Below, one piece after another: positions 31,361 through 41,791 of a DNA stretch of 64,000 bases. The notes under the pieces are model-generated. The model ran no database searches, was not told where the DNA came from, and saw only the letters and a list, made by a program, of their open reading frames with translations. The first letter of the stretch is position 1, and each line of letters opens with the position of its first letter. The stretch lies in IMG/VR virus record IMGVR_UViG_3300016486_001578; one strand, written 5' to 3'. Source of the DNA: a virus. Lineage: Duplodnaviria; Caudoviricetes. Position numbers and translations under genes: made by a program.

Positions 31361-31855
31361 ATGAAAACATTAATTACATTATTATTACTTATATCAACAT
31401 CTTTATATTCAAAAGAGTCTGATTTATGTAAATATGTATTTGAATATGAAGATTATTGTAATAATTATCAAGTTGATTACCCAGATAGTATACAATTTTT
31501 AAATATATCATATTATAACCTAGATTCATTATTTGGAATTAGTGAAGATAGTTTTGTAATAAAAGGAATAACAGTTATTTCTAAATTAGATGGTGTTTTT
31601 TATTCAAATGTTTATATAAATAATAATCTAACCGATACTAATGAAATTAGATTAGTAGTTTATCACGAAATGTCTCATGCGGTTTTTTTAGAAGAACATA
31701 GCCCTAGTTTAGTTCCATTGGAGTGGTTTTTAATACCCAATAATGATCAAATACGATTAATGGGTGTTGTTTATGATAAAAAATATGTAGATGATTGTTA
31801 TGTGGAAGAAGTTATACATGAATATTTTAGATATAAATCCAATTTATATAAATAA
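31361..31855 (+). CDS. Secreted zincin-like metalloprotease
   Basis: Signal peptide; VVYHEMSHAVF (HExxH); Met-turn-like RLMG. Confidence 0.55.
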   Translation: MKTLITLLLLISTSLYSKESDLCKYVFEYEDYCNNYQVDYPDSIQFLNISYYNLDSLFGISEDSFVIKGITVISKLDGVFYSNVYINNNLTDTNEIRLVVYHEMSHAVFLEEHSPSLVPLEWFLIPNNDQIRLMGVVYDKKYVDDCYVEEVIHEYFRYKSNLYK

Positions 31856-31916
31856 TGGAAAAATTACTATAATATACGGAAACAATATATAATATACAAC
31901 TATAATATCTAATAAT

Positions 31917-33149
31917 ATGATATTAAGAAAAGCCACAATCGAAGATAAAATTTTTATGTCCAAAGAATTAATTAGGAAAGTATCAGATAAAAAATATTCC
32001 TTACAATTCTTACCCGAAGTTTTCGAAAAACTAGTAGATAAAAAACACATAACTTATAATAATAAGAAATTAAAAGTCGATTACATTATCGATATAATTA
32101 ATTCACTAATATTGAAGTATTATTTCAAAAAAGAAAATGCCTTTTTATTAAACGCCACTATTCTAAGAGATAGATATGGATATTTGTATAATTATTATAT
32201 AAATTATCTAAAAGATACAGGCACTATAATTTTAAAAGCAAATTATAGAAAAGGTATAAATTCAAGGATATATGCCTTAAATAACAATATTTTAAAAGAT
32301 AAAATTACTAAATATAAAAACTACGATAAAATACTTTTACGGAAATATAAAAGTAGAACCTTTAAAACAATAGAAAATTCTGGTGAAATAGAGGGAATTG
32401 ATTCAAAGATTAAAGAAAGACTTATAGTTAGCCTATTTAATATAGATATCGATTTCGATAGGTCACTATTCTTTCTAAACACATTAAAGGATAAAGACAT
32501 TGACATATATAACAGAAATTTATATTCTGTTGATAGCATACGAAATAAACATATATTTTATCATTTTGATAAATATGGGCGAATGCACACAAACTATACT
32601 ATATTAAGATCCTTCATAAGAAAAAATTGTCTATTAATAGATGGTGAGAAAACATTCGAGATTGATGTATCAAACTCACAACCCTTATTTCTAAGTAAAT
32701 TAATATTAGAAACTCAAACAAATTGGGTAAAGGCGGATGAGTTTTCTATATTTAGGGATTTAACAAAGAATGGTAAATATTATCAGTATTTAGTTGATGT
32801 CCTTGGACTAAAGGATAAAAAAGAAGCCAAGAAGCTAACATATAAAGTTCTCTTTGGTAAGAACTATAAAAACAGCAAACCAGATAGCCTATTTAAAAAG
32901 GCTTTTCCTGGTATACATAATTTCATATGTCTATATAAAAAAGAACATGGTGGGTATAAGATTCTATCACACCATTTACAAAAAATGGAATCTAATCTAA
33001 TCTATAACAAAATAATCGGAAGGATATTATCAAGATATCCAGAAATGGATATAATAACTATACATGATAGTATAATCGTTAAAGAGAAATATAAAGATGA
33101 TGTATCTTCTATATTTAATTCGGAGTTATTATCAGAATTTGATTTTTAA
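31917..33149 (+). CDS. Family A-related polymerase domain protein (TV-Pol-like), no exonuclease domains
   Basis: GRMHT, EIDVSNSQP (motif A), AKKLTYKVLFG (motif B), LQKMES, TIHDSII (motif C). Confidence 0.65.
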   Translation: MILRKATIEDKIFMSKELIRKVSDKKYSLQFLPEVFEKLVDKKHITYNNKKLKVDYIIDIINSLILKYYFKKENAFLLNATILRDRYGYLYNYYINYLKDTGTIILKANYRKGINSRIYALNNNILKDKITKYKNYDKILLRKYKSRTFKTIENSGEIEGIDSKIKERLIVSLFNIDIDFDRSLFFLNTLKDKDIDIYNRNLYSVDSIRNKHIFYHFDKYGRMHTNYTILRSFIRKNCLLIDGEKTFEIDVSNSQPLFLSKLILETQTNWVKADEFSIFRDLTKNGKYYQYLVDVLGLKDKKEAKKLTYKVLFGKNYKNSKPDSLFKKAFPGIHNFICLYKKEHGGYKILSHHLQKMESNLIYNKIIGRILSRYPEMDIITIHDSIIVKEKYKDDVSSIFNSELLSEFDF

Positions 33150-33160
33150 TATATATTTAC

Positions 33161-34495
33161 ATGAACTTAATTGATAAATCATCTTCTTATATGTTAATAT
33201 CATCAGATAAGATAGATGATATAACTTCTGTACTTTGGTCTAGGAATTTTAGCATCATAGATATTAAATCACACAAAAATGGATTAAAAGAAGATTGTAT
33301 TATAGCATATCCAAATAAAATAGATAATAATTCTATAAGAGAGGATAGTATATTTCTTATGGATAGATTTTTCGAAAAGGATATAATAGTTAAATATTCT
33401 GGTGAGGATCACTTTACGAAAATATCAACAGATGGTTCTGAAGATTTATTAGAAATGATATTATATGATACTGATTATGAGAATAGAACTTCATATTTAT
33501 ATGAGGGCCTATCCTTTTCTTTTAAAGAAAAAATTAGATACTCTAAACCCAAATCAAAAGATGATTTAAAGATTGGGATGATAGTTGAATATCAGAACAA
33601 AGGAAAATGGGTTGGTTACGAAATAAAAAACCCACAAGAAGACTACGATAAGTTATTTAAGTTATTGATAAAATATGACAAAGTTAGGATCAATGAAAAT
33701 GAATACACTAAATTAGCTACTCATTTTATGGATGATATGGATAAGGAGTTTAAATTCTTTAGCCCAAATGATGATATAAGGTTAATTTATTGTAATATAA
33801 CCTTTCCTGATGGTGTTAAGATGAGATTTAGTTGTCGTGAAAATCTTCACTCTGATACCGAAACATTCACTTTATCTAAAATATCAGGCAATGAGAGAAA
33901 TGATTATAACACCTATCTTACTCAACAAAAGTATTTAAACTTATATGGAGATAAAATACAATTTGATAATTTTAATACCTATAGAAGAATAAGACTATAT
34001 ATGAATAGACAAGATTTATTCGGAACTAATTTTGATGGCTATATATATGATTCTAATAAACTAGGAAATATACCGGTTGTAATTGAATTTGATAAATCAA
34101 ACCAAACTGGTTTGATTCCTAGAGCTTTTTTAAAAAGAGGAATTTTCAAACAAGCGAATGATTCATTTATAGCTTATATTTTAGACCAGGCTTCTTTATT
34201 TTTTAAAAATGATGAATATCTAACTAAATTTAGAGATATAAAAGAATCACTGGTTCATGATTTTTTAGAAGCTTTAGAAAACGAACAACAAGATAGATTT
34301 CTAATATGTGATGTTAGATTAAATGAACCAAATAAAAACATAGATAGACAACTTAGATTAATAAGCTATTTGTATCTTTATTGTATATTTTATAAAACAA
34401 ATGATGATGTATTGGAAATTATTACAAACCCAGGATCATCATTTGATAGGGAGTCTCTAATAGTTCTTTTATATGGTTTAGATTACCTTAAATAA
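33161..34495 (+). CDS. Hypothetical protein
   Basis: ORF only. Confidence 0.6.
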   Translation: MNLIDKSSSYMLISSDKIDDITSVLWSRNFSIIDIKSHKNGLKEDCIIAYPNKIDNNSIREDSIFLMDRFFEKDIIVKYSGEDHFTKISTDGSEDLLEMILYDTDYENRTSYLYEGLSFSFKEKIRYSKPKSKDDLKIGMIVEYQNKGKWVGYEIKNPQEDYDKLFKLLIKYDKVRINENEYTKLATHFMDDMDKEFKFFSPNDDIRLIYCNITFPDGVKMRFSCRENLHSDTETFTLSKISGNERNDYNTYLTQQKYLNLYGDKIQFDNFNTYRRIRLYMNRQDLFGTNFDGYIYDSNKLGNIPVVIEFDKSNQTGLIPRAFLKRGIFKQANDSFIAYILDQASLFFKNDEYLTKFRDIKESLVHDFLEALENEQQDRFLICDVRLNEPNKNIDRQLRLISYLYLYCIFYKTNDDVLEIITNPGSSFDRESLIVLLYGLDYLK

Positions 34496-34499
34496 AATT

Positions 34500-34976
34500 T
34501 TAATTGGTTTTATACAATCCAATTTCTAGAGAATCTGGTTTATATTCTCCATTATAATATACTAACTCAATATCATCTATACTATTTAAATCTATTTCCT
34601 GAGACCTAGTTTTATATGATCGATGAGATACGCTCTTCATCACTAATTTATGATTATCACTTCCTTCAATAAAATCAAATATTCTTTTTATATATCCTAT
34701 TAATATAGGATTCAATTTAAAGCTTTTACTATACTCATTATTAGGTAATATTTCGGAAGTTTTAATTTCATCATCTATTGATATATAGATTATCATAATT
34801 AAACCATCTTGATCCCATCGACTTCCTGATGAATCCTGATATACATATAAATATTCTGTATTGGTCTCTAATACCATAGGAGATATGTTAATATCATTAA
34901 CATCTAATAGTATATCTTTTATCTCTTCTATAACAGAATTATTCTTATTTTCATTGAATAGTTTTAAGTATCTCAT
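34500..34976 (-). CDS. Hypothetical protein with capsid-targeting-like N-terminus
   Basis: MRYLKLFNEN. Confidence 0.6.
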   Translation of the reverse strand: MRYLKLFNENKNNSVIEEIKDILLDVNDINISPMVLETNTEYLYVYQDSSGSRWDQDGLIMIIYISIDDEIKTSEILPNNEYSKSFKLNPILIGYIKRIFDFIEGSDNHKLVMKSVSHRSYKTRSQEIDLNSIDDIELVYYNGEYKPDSLEIGLYKTN

Positions 34977-34992
34977 GTTATTAAATTAATTA

Positions 34993-35610
34993 TTAGATTA
35001 ATTTTAAATAAAATTGATTATAATTTTTTTCACAATCCTTTGATTTGTTTAGATAAAATCTTTTATTTTTAGAATCTACTATTAAGTTTATTCCTGGTTG
35101 ACTAAATTCATCAACTAAGCATATTATTACCTTATTAATATCAATTAATCTATCATATATAATATTTATATTAATTGATAGTTTATCGAGCTCTCTTTTA
35201 AGATAGATATTATCTACCGGGTTAGTAGACGGGCCAAATATTATTGTGGTTGTTTCATATATTGATGCAATTCTCATATATAATATATTTTTTATTAACT
35301 TATCGATATACTCTCTATCATTACTAACTTTAATTACTTTTTTACACTCGAAATTAGTTATTATTTCCATCACACTTTCATAAATAGTATTTTCGTTTAT
35401 GAACCTATTACCACTAACTGTGTGTGAGGTAATTTCTCTCTTAACTTCCGATATAATTGGTTCTGGTTCATCTAATATTTTACAAATATTAGTATGTCTA
35501 TCGATTTGCTTATTTGATTTGTTCTCTATAACATATATCTGTATTATGGGCATATCAACTTCGCGCTCTTCGTAATTACATATAGATTTTACTTTATCTA
35601 TGATCTGCAT
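34993..35610 (-). CDS. Possible second degenerate capsid-protein paralog
   Basis: IIYDRLIDINKVIICLVDEFSQPGINLI aligns with capsid IYVDPYMKYNDNRVVLGRKNNPDQPGIIFV. Confidence 0.4.
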   Translation of the reverse strand: MQIIDKVKSICNYEEREVDMPIIQIYVIENKSNKQIDRHTNICKILDEPEPIISEVKREITSHTVSGNRFINENTIYESVMEIITNFECKKVIKVSNDREYIDKLIKNILYMRIASIYETTTIIFGPSTNPVDNIYLKRELDKLSININIIYDRLIDINKVIICLVDEFSQPGINLIVDSKNKRFYLNKSKDCEKNYNQFYLKLI

Positions 35611-36358
35611 ATTTATTTAGCCTACCTATTTTATTTATCGATCTTTTTATCGATTTCATTAAATCATCCTTACTCATCTTAGATGTTTTATTTAATATAT
35701 CCAAGCTTCTTTGATAGAACCTTTCGTCTGGGGCTGATTTCCTGTGCCATAAATGAAAACATTTTGATTTTAATTCTGCCCATTTTAAAAAATTCTTAAC
35801 TTTCATAGTTTGGAAATCATCTTCTCCGCCCCATCCTATAAAATCTTCAGACCAACCACCTATTTTTAATATTGCGTCTCTTCTAAATATAGATATACCA
35901 CCAGATATGTTAATTTTTTGATTATCATTTTCTCCTCTTCCGGGTCTATTTATATTAATCATAGATTGTAGTGCAAAATCAGACTCTTGTGGTGTTAAAT
36001 CCACAACTGAGTTGTAGGGGCTAACCATTTCATACTCATTCATAGACCTTAAAGCATCTATAAAGTGGTTTGGATCCATTATTAGATCAGAATCACCAAA
36101 TACTATAATATCAGATTTAGCATACTTTAATCCAACATTAAAGGCCCAAGACCTATTATATGGTAGGTCACTTTTTATGAAAATATGCTGACAATTTAGA
36201 TTTATATTTGATATTTTAGAATGTGAATCTTGTTCGACTAAAATAATTTGTGAATTAGAGAAAGCATTTACCCAATCTATTGTTTTTTTAAGATTTTTTA
36301 TTCTATCTAACTTGTGTCTGTACCCAATAATAAATGTGAATGAGTGTTTATGGTTCAT
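35594..36358 (-). CDS. Glycosyltransferase (GT2/GT7C galactosyltransferase-like)
   Basis: IILVEQ, YNRSWAFNVG, FGDSDL, GGWSEDFIGWGGEDDF. Confidence 0.85.
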   Translation of the reverse strand: MNHKHSFTFIIGYRHKLDRIKNLKKTIDWVNAFSNSQIILVEQDSHSKISNINLNCQHIFIKSDLPYNRSWAFNVGLKYAKSDIIVFGDSDLIMDPNHFIDALRSMNEYEMVSPYNSVVDLTPQESDFALQSMININRPGRGENDNQKINISGGISIFRRDAILKIGGWSEDFIGWGGEDDFQTMKVKNFLKWAELKSKCFHLWHRKSAPDERFYQRSLDILNKTSKMSKDDLMKSIKRSINKIGRLNKYADHR

Positions 36359-36447
36359 GTTTTTAATTAATTTTTATAATTATTATATGATTTTTAATAT
36401 TTATGTTTAACTTTACAAACATTGATATTTATTTAAATATAATATAG

Positions 36448-36831
36448 ATGAGTAATAAACTAAAAATAGTTGGTAGATTAAAAAAAATAACAATTTCTAA
36501 TTTAAAATTAGAAATCAATGCTAAAATAGACACTGGCGCTTGGAGTAACTCATTACATGTTGATTATGTTTATATTAAAGATGGTATACTTTATATAAAA
36601 ATAGAAAATGATGAATTTGAATTTAAAAAATTCAAAGAAGTTATAATAAGAAGTTCCTTCGGAGAAGATCAAAAAAGATTTATAATAAAGATGAAAGTTA
36701 TTATAGATGATTTAAAATACAAAACATCATTTTCTTTAACAAATAGAGATAAAATGAAATATCCTTGTCTATTGGGAAGAAAATTCTTATCTAGATATAA
36801 CTTTTTAGTTGATGTTAATCAAAAAAATTAA
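36448..36831 (+). CDS. Retropepsin-like aspartic protease (RimK-associated type)
   Basis: AKIDTGAWSNSLH, RSSFG, FSLTNRDKMKYPCLLGRKFL. Confidence 0.85.
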   Translation: MSNKLKIVGRLKKITISNLKLEINAKIDTGAWSNSLHVDYVYIKDGILYIKIENDEFEFKKFKEVIIRSSFGEDQKRFIIKMKVIIDDLKYKTSFSLTNRDKMKYPCLLGRKFLSRYNFLVDVNQKN

Positions 36832-36875
36832 TAAAATATTCTTTATTTAGAATTATTCTTATTATCTTTACATTC

Positions 36876-37967
36876 ATGAGAATAGCTAGAAAATTTAAAC
36901 AACTTACAAGATACACTTACCCTTACGGAACAGAACAAGGTTTATTGCCTTATTTACCAGAGGGTTATAAAGAAGACGGATTAGGAAATTATTACTTAGA
37001 GATTGGTGATAAACCATCTACTATGTTTGCTTGTCACTTAGACACTGCTTGTTCAAAGAAAGAAAGAGTAATTCATGTTCAGAAAAGTGCAAATATAATT
37101 GGAACAGATGGTACCACTATATTGGGCGCTGATGATAAAGCTGGTATGGTAGTAATCCTTTATATGATAGAAAACAAAGTCCCTGGTCTTTATTACTTTT
37201 TTGAAGGTGAGGAAGTCGGGTGTATTGGCTCGGGTAAAGTAGCCGATGCTTGGGATAGTATGTTTTTCTCTGATTATATAAAGAAAGTAGTTTCTTTTGA
37301 TAGAAGAGGTACAGATTCTATCATAACCGACCAATTCTATGGTCGTTGTTGCTCAGATGAATTCGGTAATGATTTGGCTGAAAAATTAAATTCAACTGGA
37401 TTAGGCTTTAATTTCGATTTAGACCCAACCGGTATATTTACTGATTCTGCTAAATTCATGGAATTAGTCCCAGAATGTACAAACATTTCTGTTGGTTATT
37501 ATGATGAGCATACAAAATATGAAACACAAGACATTGAATTTTTACAAAGATTGTGTAAAGGTGTTTGTATGATAGATTGGGAATCACTACCAATCAAAAG
37601 AGATCATACAGAAGATCCATATCAAGGATATTTCTCTTCTTATGGGTCCCGTAATGTTTCAGTTGAGGATTTTGTTGGTGAAGATTTATCTTGGTCAGAG
37701 TATAATTACTCTTATTTTGATAGAAAGGGAGCTTCTGTTAAATTATACATTTCCTCTAAATATATCGAATATGAAATAAATATTATAGATGCTTGGATTA
37801 GTGGGTCTGATATGTATCCTGGTGAGAAAAATATAATTTGGAATGGAAATTCACTATACATACAAGGTGATTATGTTGGTGATAGAATAGACTTGTGTGA
37901 TTTTATTTCTGAATTAAGTACCGTTCCTGAAAAGCACCTTAGTTCTTTTCATAGTGTTTATAGTTAA
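36876..37967 (+). CDS. M28/M20-type zinc peptidase (paralog of 3653-5014)
   Basis: ACHLDT, GADDKAG, GEEVGCIGS, SFDRRG, FTDSAKF, DEHT. Confidence 0.8.
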   Translation: MRIARKFKQLTRYTYPYGTEQGLLPYLPEGYKEDGLGNYYLEIGDKPSTMFACHLDTACSKKERVIHVQKSANIIGTDGTTILGADDKAGMVVILYMIENKVPGLYYFFEGEEVGCIGSGKVADAWDSMFFSDYIKKVVSFDRRGTDSIITDQFYGRCCSDEFGNDLAEKLNSTGLGFNFDLDPTGIFTDSAKFMELVPECTNISVGYYDEHTKYETQDIEFLQRLCKGVCMIDWESLPIKRDHTEDPYQGYFSSYGSRNVSVEDFVGEDLSWSEYNYSYFDRKGASVKLYISSKYIEYEINIIDAWISGSDMYPGEKNIIWNGNSLYIQGDYVGDRIDLCDFISELSTVPEKHLSSFHSVYS

Positions 37968-38156
37968 AACTTAGGATGCTTATAATCTTCTTTTTTGGAA
38001 ATTATAAGCATCTGATTAGTTGATATATTCTTATCATCCCAATTCATCTTCTTACAGAATTTTTTTATAAATTTTTCCCTTAATATTTTAATATTATTAT
38101 CCATAGATTATATATCTTTTTTTGATAATCTCGTATTTATTTTGTATCTTCGTTAA

Positions 38157-38633
38157 ATGTTTAAGATAAAAGGTAAAATACAATTCGATCCAATAGATGT
38201 AACTAAGAAGCACAAAAGTCAATCTTCTTGGAAAAAAACAGTTATTGTTAAATTTGGATGTGATTTATCTAATTATTATGCTTGGTTCTTAAAAAGGCGA
38301 TTTGGTGTTGAGTTGAATCCGCCATTAAGAGGGGCTCACTTCACAATTATAAATGATAGAATTGATGATTTAGTTTATAACGAAGCAAAAAAAATATTTA
38401 ATAACACTGATATAGAAATAATTTATGACCCAACAATAGTAAAAACTGATGCTAAAGGTCACTGGTGGATCAAAGCACACTCTCAAGATGCTCAAAACAT
38501 GAGAAATGTATTAGGACTAGATAAGCCTTATCATGGATTTCATATTACACTAGGATTAGCCACGCACTTATGGTTAGATCACTCTTTATACATTAGAGAA
38601 CAATGTAGAAGATTTAAGTTATTGGAAATATAA
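38157..38633 (+). CDS. 2H phosphoesterase superfamily protein
   Basis: Two HxT motifs (GAHFTII, GFHITLG) about 68 residues apart; 158 aa. Confidence 0.65.
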   Translation: MFKIKGKIQFDPIDVTKKHKSQSSWKKTVIVKFGCDLSNYYAWFLKRRFGVELNPPLRGAHFTIINDRIDDLVYNEAKKIFNNTDIEIIYDPTIVKTDAKGHWWIKAHSQDAQNMRNVLGLDKPYHGFHITLGLATHLWLDHSLYIREQCRRFKLLEI

Positions 38634-38935
38634 TATTATATATATCATGGTGTTGCAGATCTGCTAAAAAACACTAGTGTTTACTATAATGATTTCACTA
38701 CAATAATATATATGTTGTAACAAAAATAAAGCAACATTATGAAGAAGTCATTACTTACGACAATTTTTTTATCCTTTTTTATGATATTATTCTCACAAGA
38801 GAGTGGTAAAAATGATAGAATACAAAATTTATTACTTTCTCAGGAACATATTCATATATCTAATCAGTATGAATTGTTGAGAACGCCATATATGATAGGT
38901 AGATTCTTGTTTTAACTTTCTAACAATTGATATAA

Positions 38936-39166
38936 AATGACATTTAAAGTTTAATATATACTTTTAATGAAAACAATATTTAAGTCATGTAACACAACAC
39001 ACGATAGAGATTTTAATGCGGCTAAAAATATATTAAAACAAGGTTTAAAAATATTATCTGGTTCATGGATTGAATCGGATGTAAAACAAAAACAGGTGGA
39101 GGCGTTATCGTTAGATGAGTCTATGAAACCTGAAACACATTAGTCTTTAGCTAATGTGTAGTTCAT
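38936..39166 (+). mobile_element. Internally deleted tnpB remnant retaining the promoter, omegaRNA region and right end
   Basis: The upstream sequence matches the tnpB 5' region. ORF 38967-39143 reads MKTIFKS-CNTTHDRDFNAAKNIL...SMKPETH. The right-end hairpin and TTCAT are identical to the IS605. Confidence 0.85.
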
Positions 39167-39217
39167 AGAACACAACAAAGAGATTAAACTTTGTTGTAAT
39201 TTTTCATAAAACAGTTT

Positions 39218-39946
39218 ATGAATACATTAGATAAACAATACATAAATTTACTGAAAGATATACTTGATAATGGTGTTAGTAAAGGTGATAGAACCGGAAC
39301 TGGCACCATTTCAGTTTTTGGTAGACAGATAAGACATAAAATGTCCGAGGGATTCCCTCTATTAACAACTAAAAAAATGCCATTTAAAACAATAACAACA
39401 GAACTTCTGTGGTTTTTGAGAGGTGATACTAATATTAAATACTTAGTTGATAATAATTGTAATATTTGGAATGGTGATGCTTATAAGAATTATTTTAATA
39501 AAACTAAAGATTTGACCTTAGAGACATTACATGTTCCTTTTCAACAAACACATTTATTTGGCACAATAGGTGGATCTGTTAGTAAGGGTAAATTTAGACC
39601 ATATACTATAGAAGAATTTGTAAATAAAATTAAAACAGATGATGAATTTGCTAATAAATGGGGTGATTTAGGTCCTGTTTATGGTAAACAATGGAGAAAC
39701 TGGGAAGGAGTTGACCAAATAGAGAATTTGATAAATGATCTAAAATCAAATCCTGATTCTAGGAGATTAATGGTTAATGCTTGGAACGTAGCCAATATAG
39801 ACCAAATGGTTTTACCGCCTTGTCATTATGGGTTTCAAGTTTATACTAGAGAATTAAGCTTTGATGAAAGATTTGAATTGGCTGTTGATAAAGGAAATAA
39901 CCCACTAGATATGGATAAAACAATAACAAAATCTAATGATATATAA
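39218..39946 (+). pseudogene. thyA: 3'-truncated thymidylate synthase
   Basis: [32 protein letters not shown] and LPPCH are present; QRS.D.FLG and the C-terminus are missing. Confidence 0.85.
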
Positions 39947-40312
39947 CCTTTTTACTTTCATCAGTAAGTAGACATCGGTTAAAGCCTTATACTCATCGAC
40001 TACTTTACTAATAGTACTCTCAAATTTAAATATACTTTCAAATTTAAATATATCATTTTCAATTGTTTTATCCATATTACCACCAATTGAAAACGATGTC
40101 TTTTTAACCTTACTACTGAACCATCCAGTTGAGAATATAAATAGATAAAAGTTTAGCTTTTTACTAAAAATATAATCCATATCTTTACCATAATAATCAA
40201 ATTCTAACTCAGAGTTAAGATGTTTTTTATATTGTATTATTAACCACTTAACATACTTACCTGGTTTAGAAAAATCTTTCTTTCTAACACTTGTAGGGTC
40301 GATATTAACCAA
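39905..40312 (-). CDS. Hypothetical protein, probably truncated or frameshifted
   Basis: ORF converging on and overlapping the truncated thyA. Confidence 0.4.
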   Translation of the reverse strand: MVNIDPTSVRKKDFSKPGKYVKWLIIQYKKHLNSELEFDYYGKDMDYIFSKKLNFYLFIFSTGWFSSKVKKTSFSIGGNMDKTIENDIFKFESIFKFESTISKVVDEYKALTDVYLLMKVKRLYIIRFCYCFIHI

Positions 40313-40485
40313 TTTATAAAATACACCCTTATCTAAATCAGAATAATATTTTAATCTTATAGCTTCACTACCTATTGTTTTTCTTCATTAAACTTTCTTA
40401 AATATCTCATAATCTATATATAAAGACATTTTTCTATAAAAGGAATTAAGTATATACTTATATATACCATAAAAATAAACAAATT

Positions 40486-40650
40486 ATGTCAGGAATTAAA
40501 GATAAGACATTCGTATTAAGGGTATCACAAAGACTATTGGAGGAATTTAGAGAATTTTGTGATGAAAACTCTATTAATATGAGTAAGAGGTTAAGAAAAT
40601 ATATGGAAAATGATATAGAGGCTTGGAAGAAAAGAAAAAGTGAAAATTAA
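40486..40650 (+). CDS. Small ribbon-helix-helix DNA-binding protein (not in ORF track)
   Basis: MSGIKDKTFVLRVSQRLLEEFREFCDENSINMSKRLRKYMENDIEAWKKRKSEN. Confidence 0.7.
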   Translation: MSGIKDKTFVLRVSQRLLEEFREFCDENSINMSKRLRKYMENDIEAWKKRKSEN

Positions 40651-40685
40651 TTTAATATATACACTATATAAAAAATACACATATA

Positions 40686-41777
40686 ATGAAGCACGTAAGG
40701 TCATATAGTAATTATAAGAAACATAAAAATACACAAGAAAAATTCAATGAGAATATCTTAATTCTTAAAGATATTGAACTAAGCTCAAGTGATGAGAATT
40801 TTTTCATGGATATTTTTGAGAAAGTCTTAAATAATTATAAGATAGATGAGAGCATAAAGTTAGAAATAAGAGAATATATATCAAATGAGAGCCTTAATGA
40901 AAACTTCTTTGATAAGCTAAAAGAAAGGTTTCCAAAAGCAGCAGAAGTATCAAAACTACTATCAGATAAAGCAGAGTCTACACTTGGTAACATTCTAAAT
41001 AAGGTTAAAGACTTAGTATCTTTTGTTAATAAAATAGCAATAGGTATCAAAGAATTATTTATAATGTTTATAGAAAGTGGTAAGAAATTCTTTATGGAGC
41101 AACTTAAAATGGGCAAACTTAAAGAAAAGCTAGAAGAACTTAAACAAAGTAAAAAAGAAGGACTTGTAAAAGAACTTAAACTTATAAAAGAGATATTAAC
41201 CTTTTATAGAAAAGGCTTCGTTGAAAAAGTAACCAATACTATACAGACCAACCTTTCATCGTTCTTTGGTAGTGAACAAGAAGCAGTTGTTGAATCACTA
41301 CTACTTGAAAAAGGAAATGTACTTTCCACATTAGTTCATAAGATAGAAGCAGTTCCACCATTCTCAATATTGCATAAAATTGCATCAGGAGCTGAAAAGG
41401 GTGCTAATGTATTAATACAAGGGGCAAGTGAATTTACTAAAAAAATGGGAGGACCAGAGTTTCAGCTACCAGTGGTTGCATTGTTAGTAGGATTATCAAT
41501 TGAGTATATGGTTAAGAGTTCATCAGGACATTGGTTGCTTGATTTAGTTGGACCAACACCTCTTGGTATGGCAATAAAGGGTGTTAAAATTACGGCAACA
41601 CTTATTGCTCTACTAAGTGCTATTGACGGTATTTTCGGAACAGAACTTATTGGTAGTGCTCATCATGGTGAAGAAGTTAAAATGAAAGATAAAGTGGATG
41701 TTAATCCTGATCAAGAAGAAGTTGATGATAAAGAAAAACCGGTTGTAAATGTTCAAGCAGAAGGTAAAGAAGAATAA
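40686..41777 (+). CDS. Hypothetical virion/internal protein with a hydrophobic C-terminal half
   Basis: MKHVRSYSNY N-terminus; several (L/I)xE sites; terminator at about 41780-41806. Confidence 0.55.
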   Translation: MKHVRSYSNYKKHKNTQEKFNENILILKDIELSSSDENFFMDIFEKVLNNYKIDESIKLEIREYISNESLNENFFDKLKERFPKAAEVSKLLSDKAESTLGNILNKVKDLVSFVNKIAIGIKELFIMFIESGKKFFMEQLKMGKLKEKLEELKQSKKEGLVKELKLIKEILTFYRKGFVEKVTNTIQTNLSSFFGSEQEAVVESLLLEKGNVLSTLVHKIEAVPPFSILHKIASGAEKGANVLIQGASEFTKKMGGPEFQLPVVALLVGLSIEYMVKSSSGHWLLDLVGPTPLGMAIKGVKITATLIALLSAIDGIFGTELIGSAHHGEEVKMKDKVDVNPDQEEVDDKEKPVVNVQAEGKEE

Positions 41778-41791
41778 TAAAAAAAGACACT

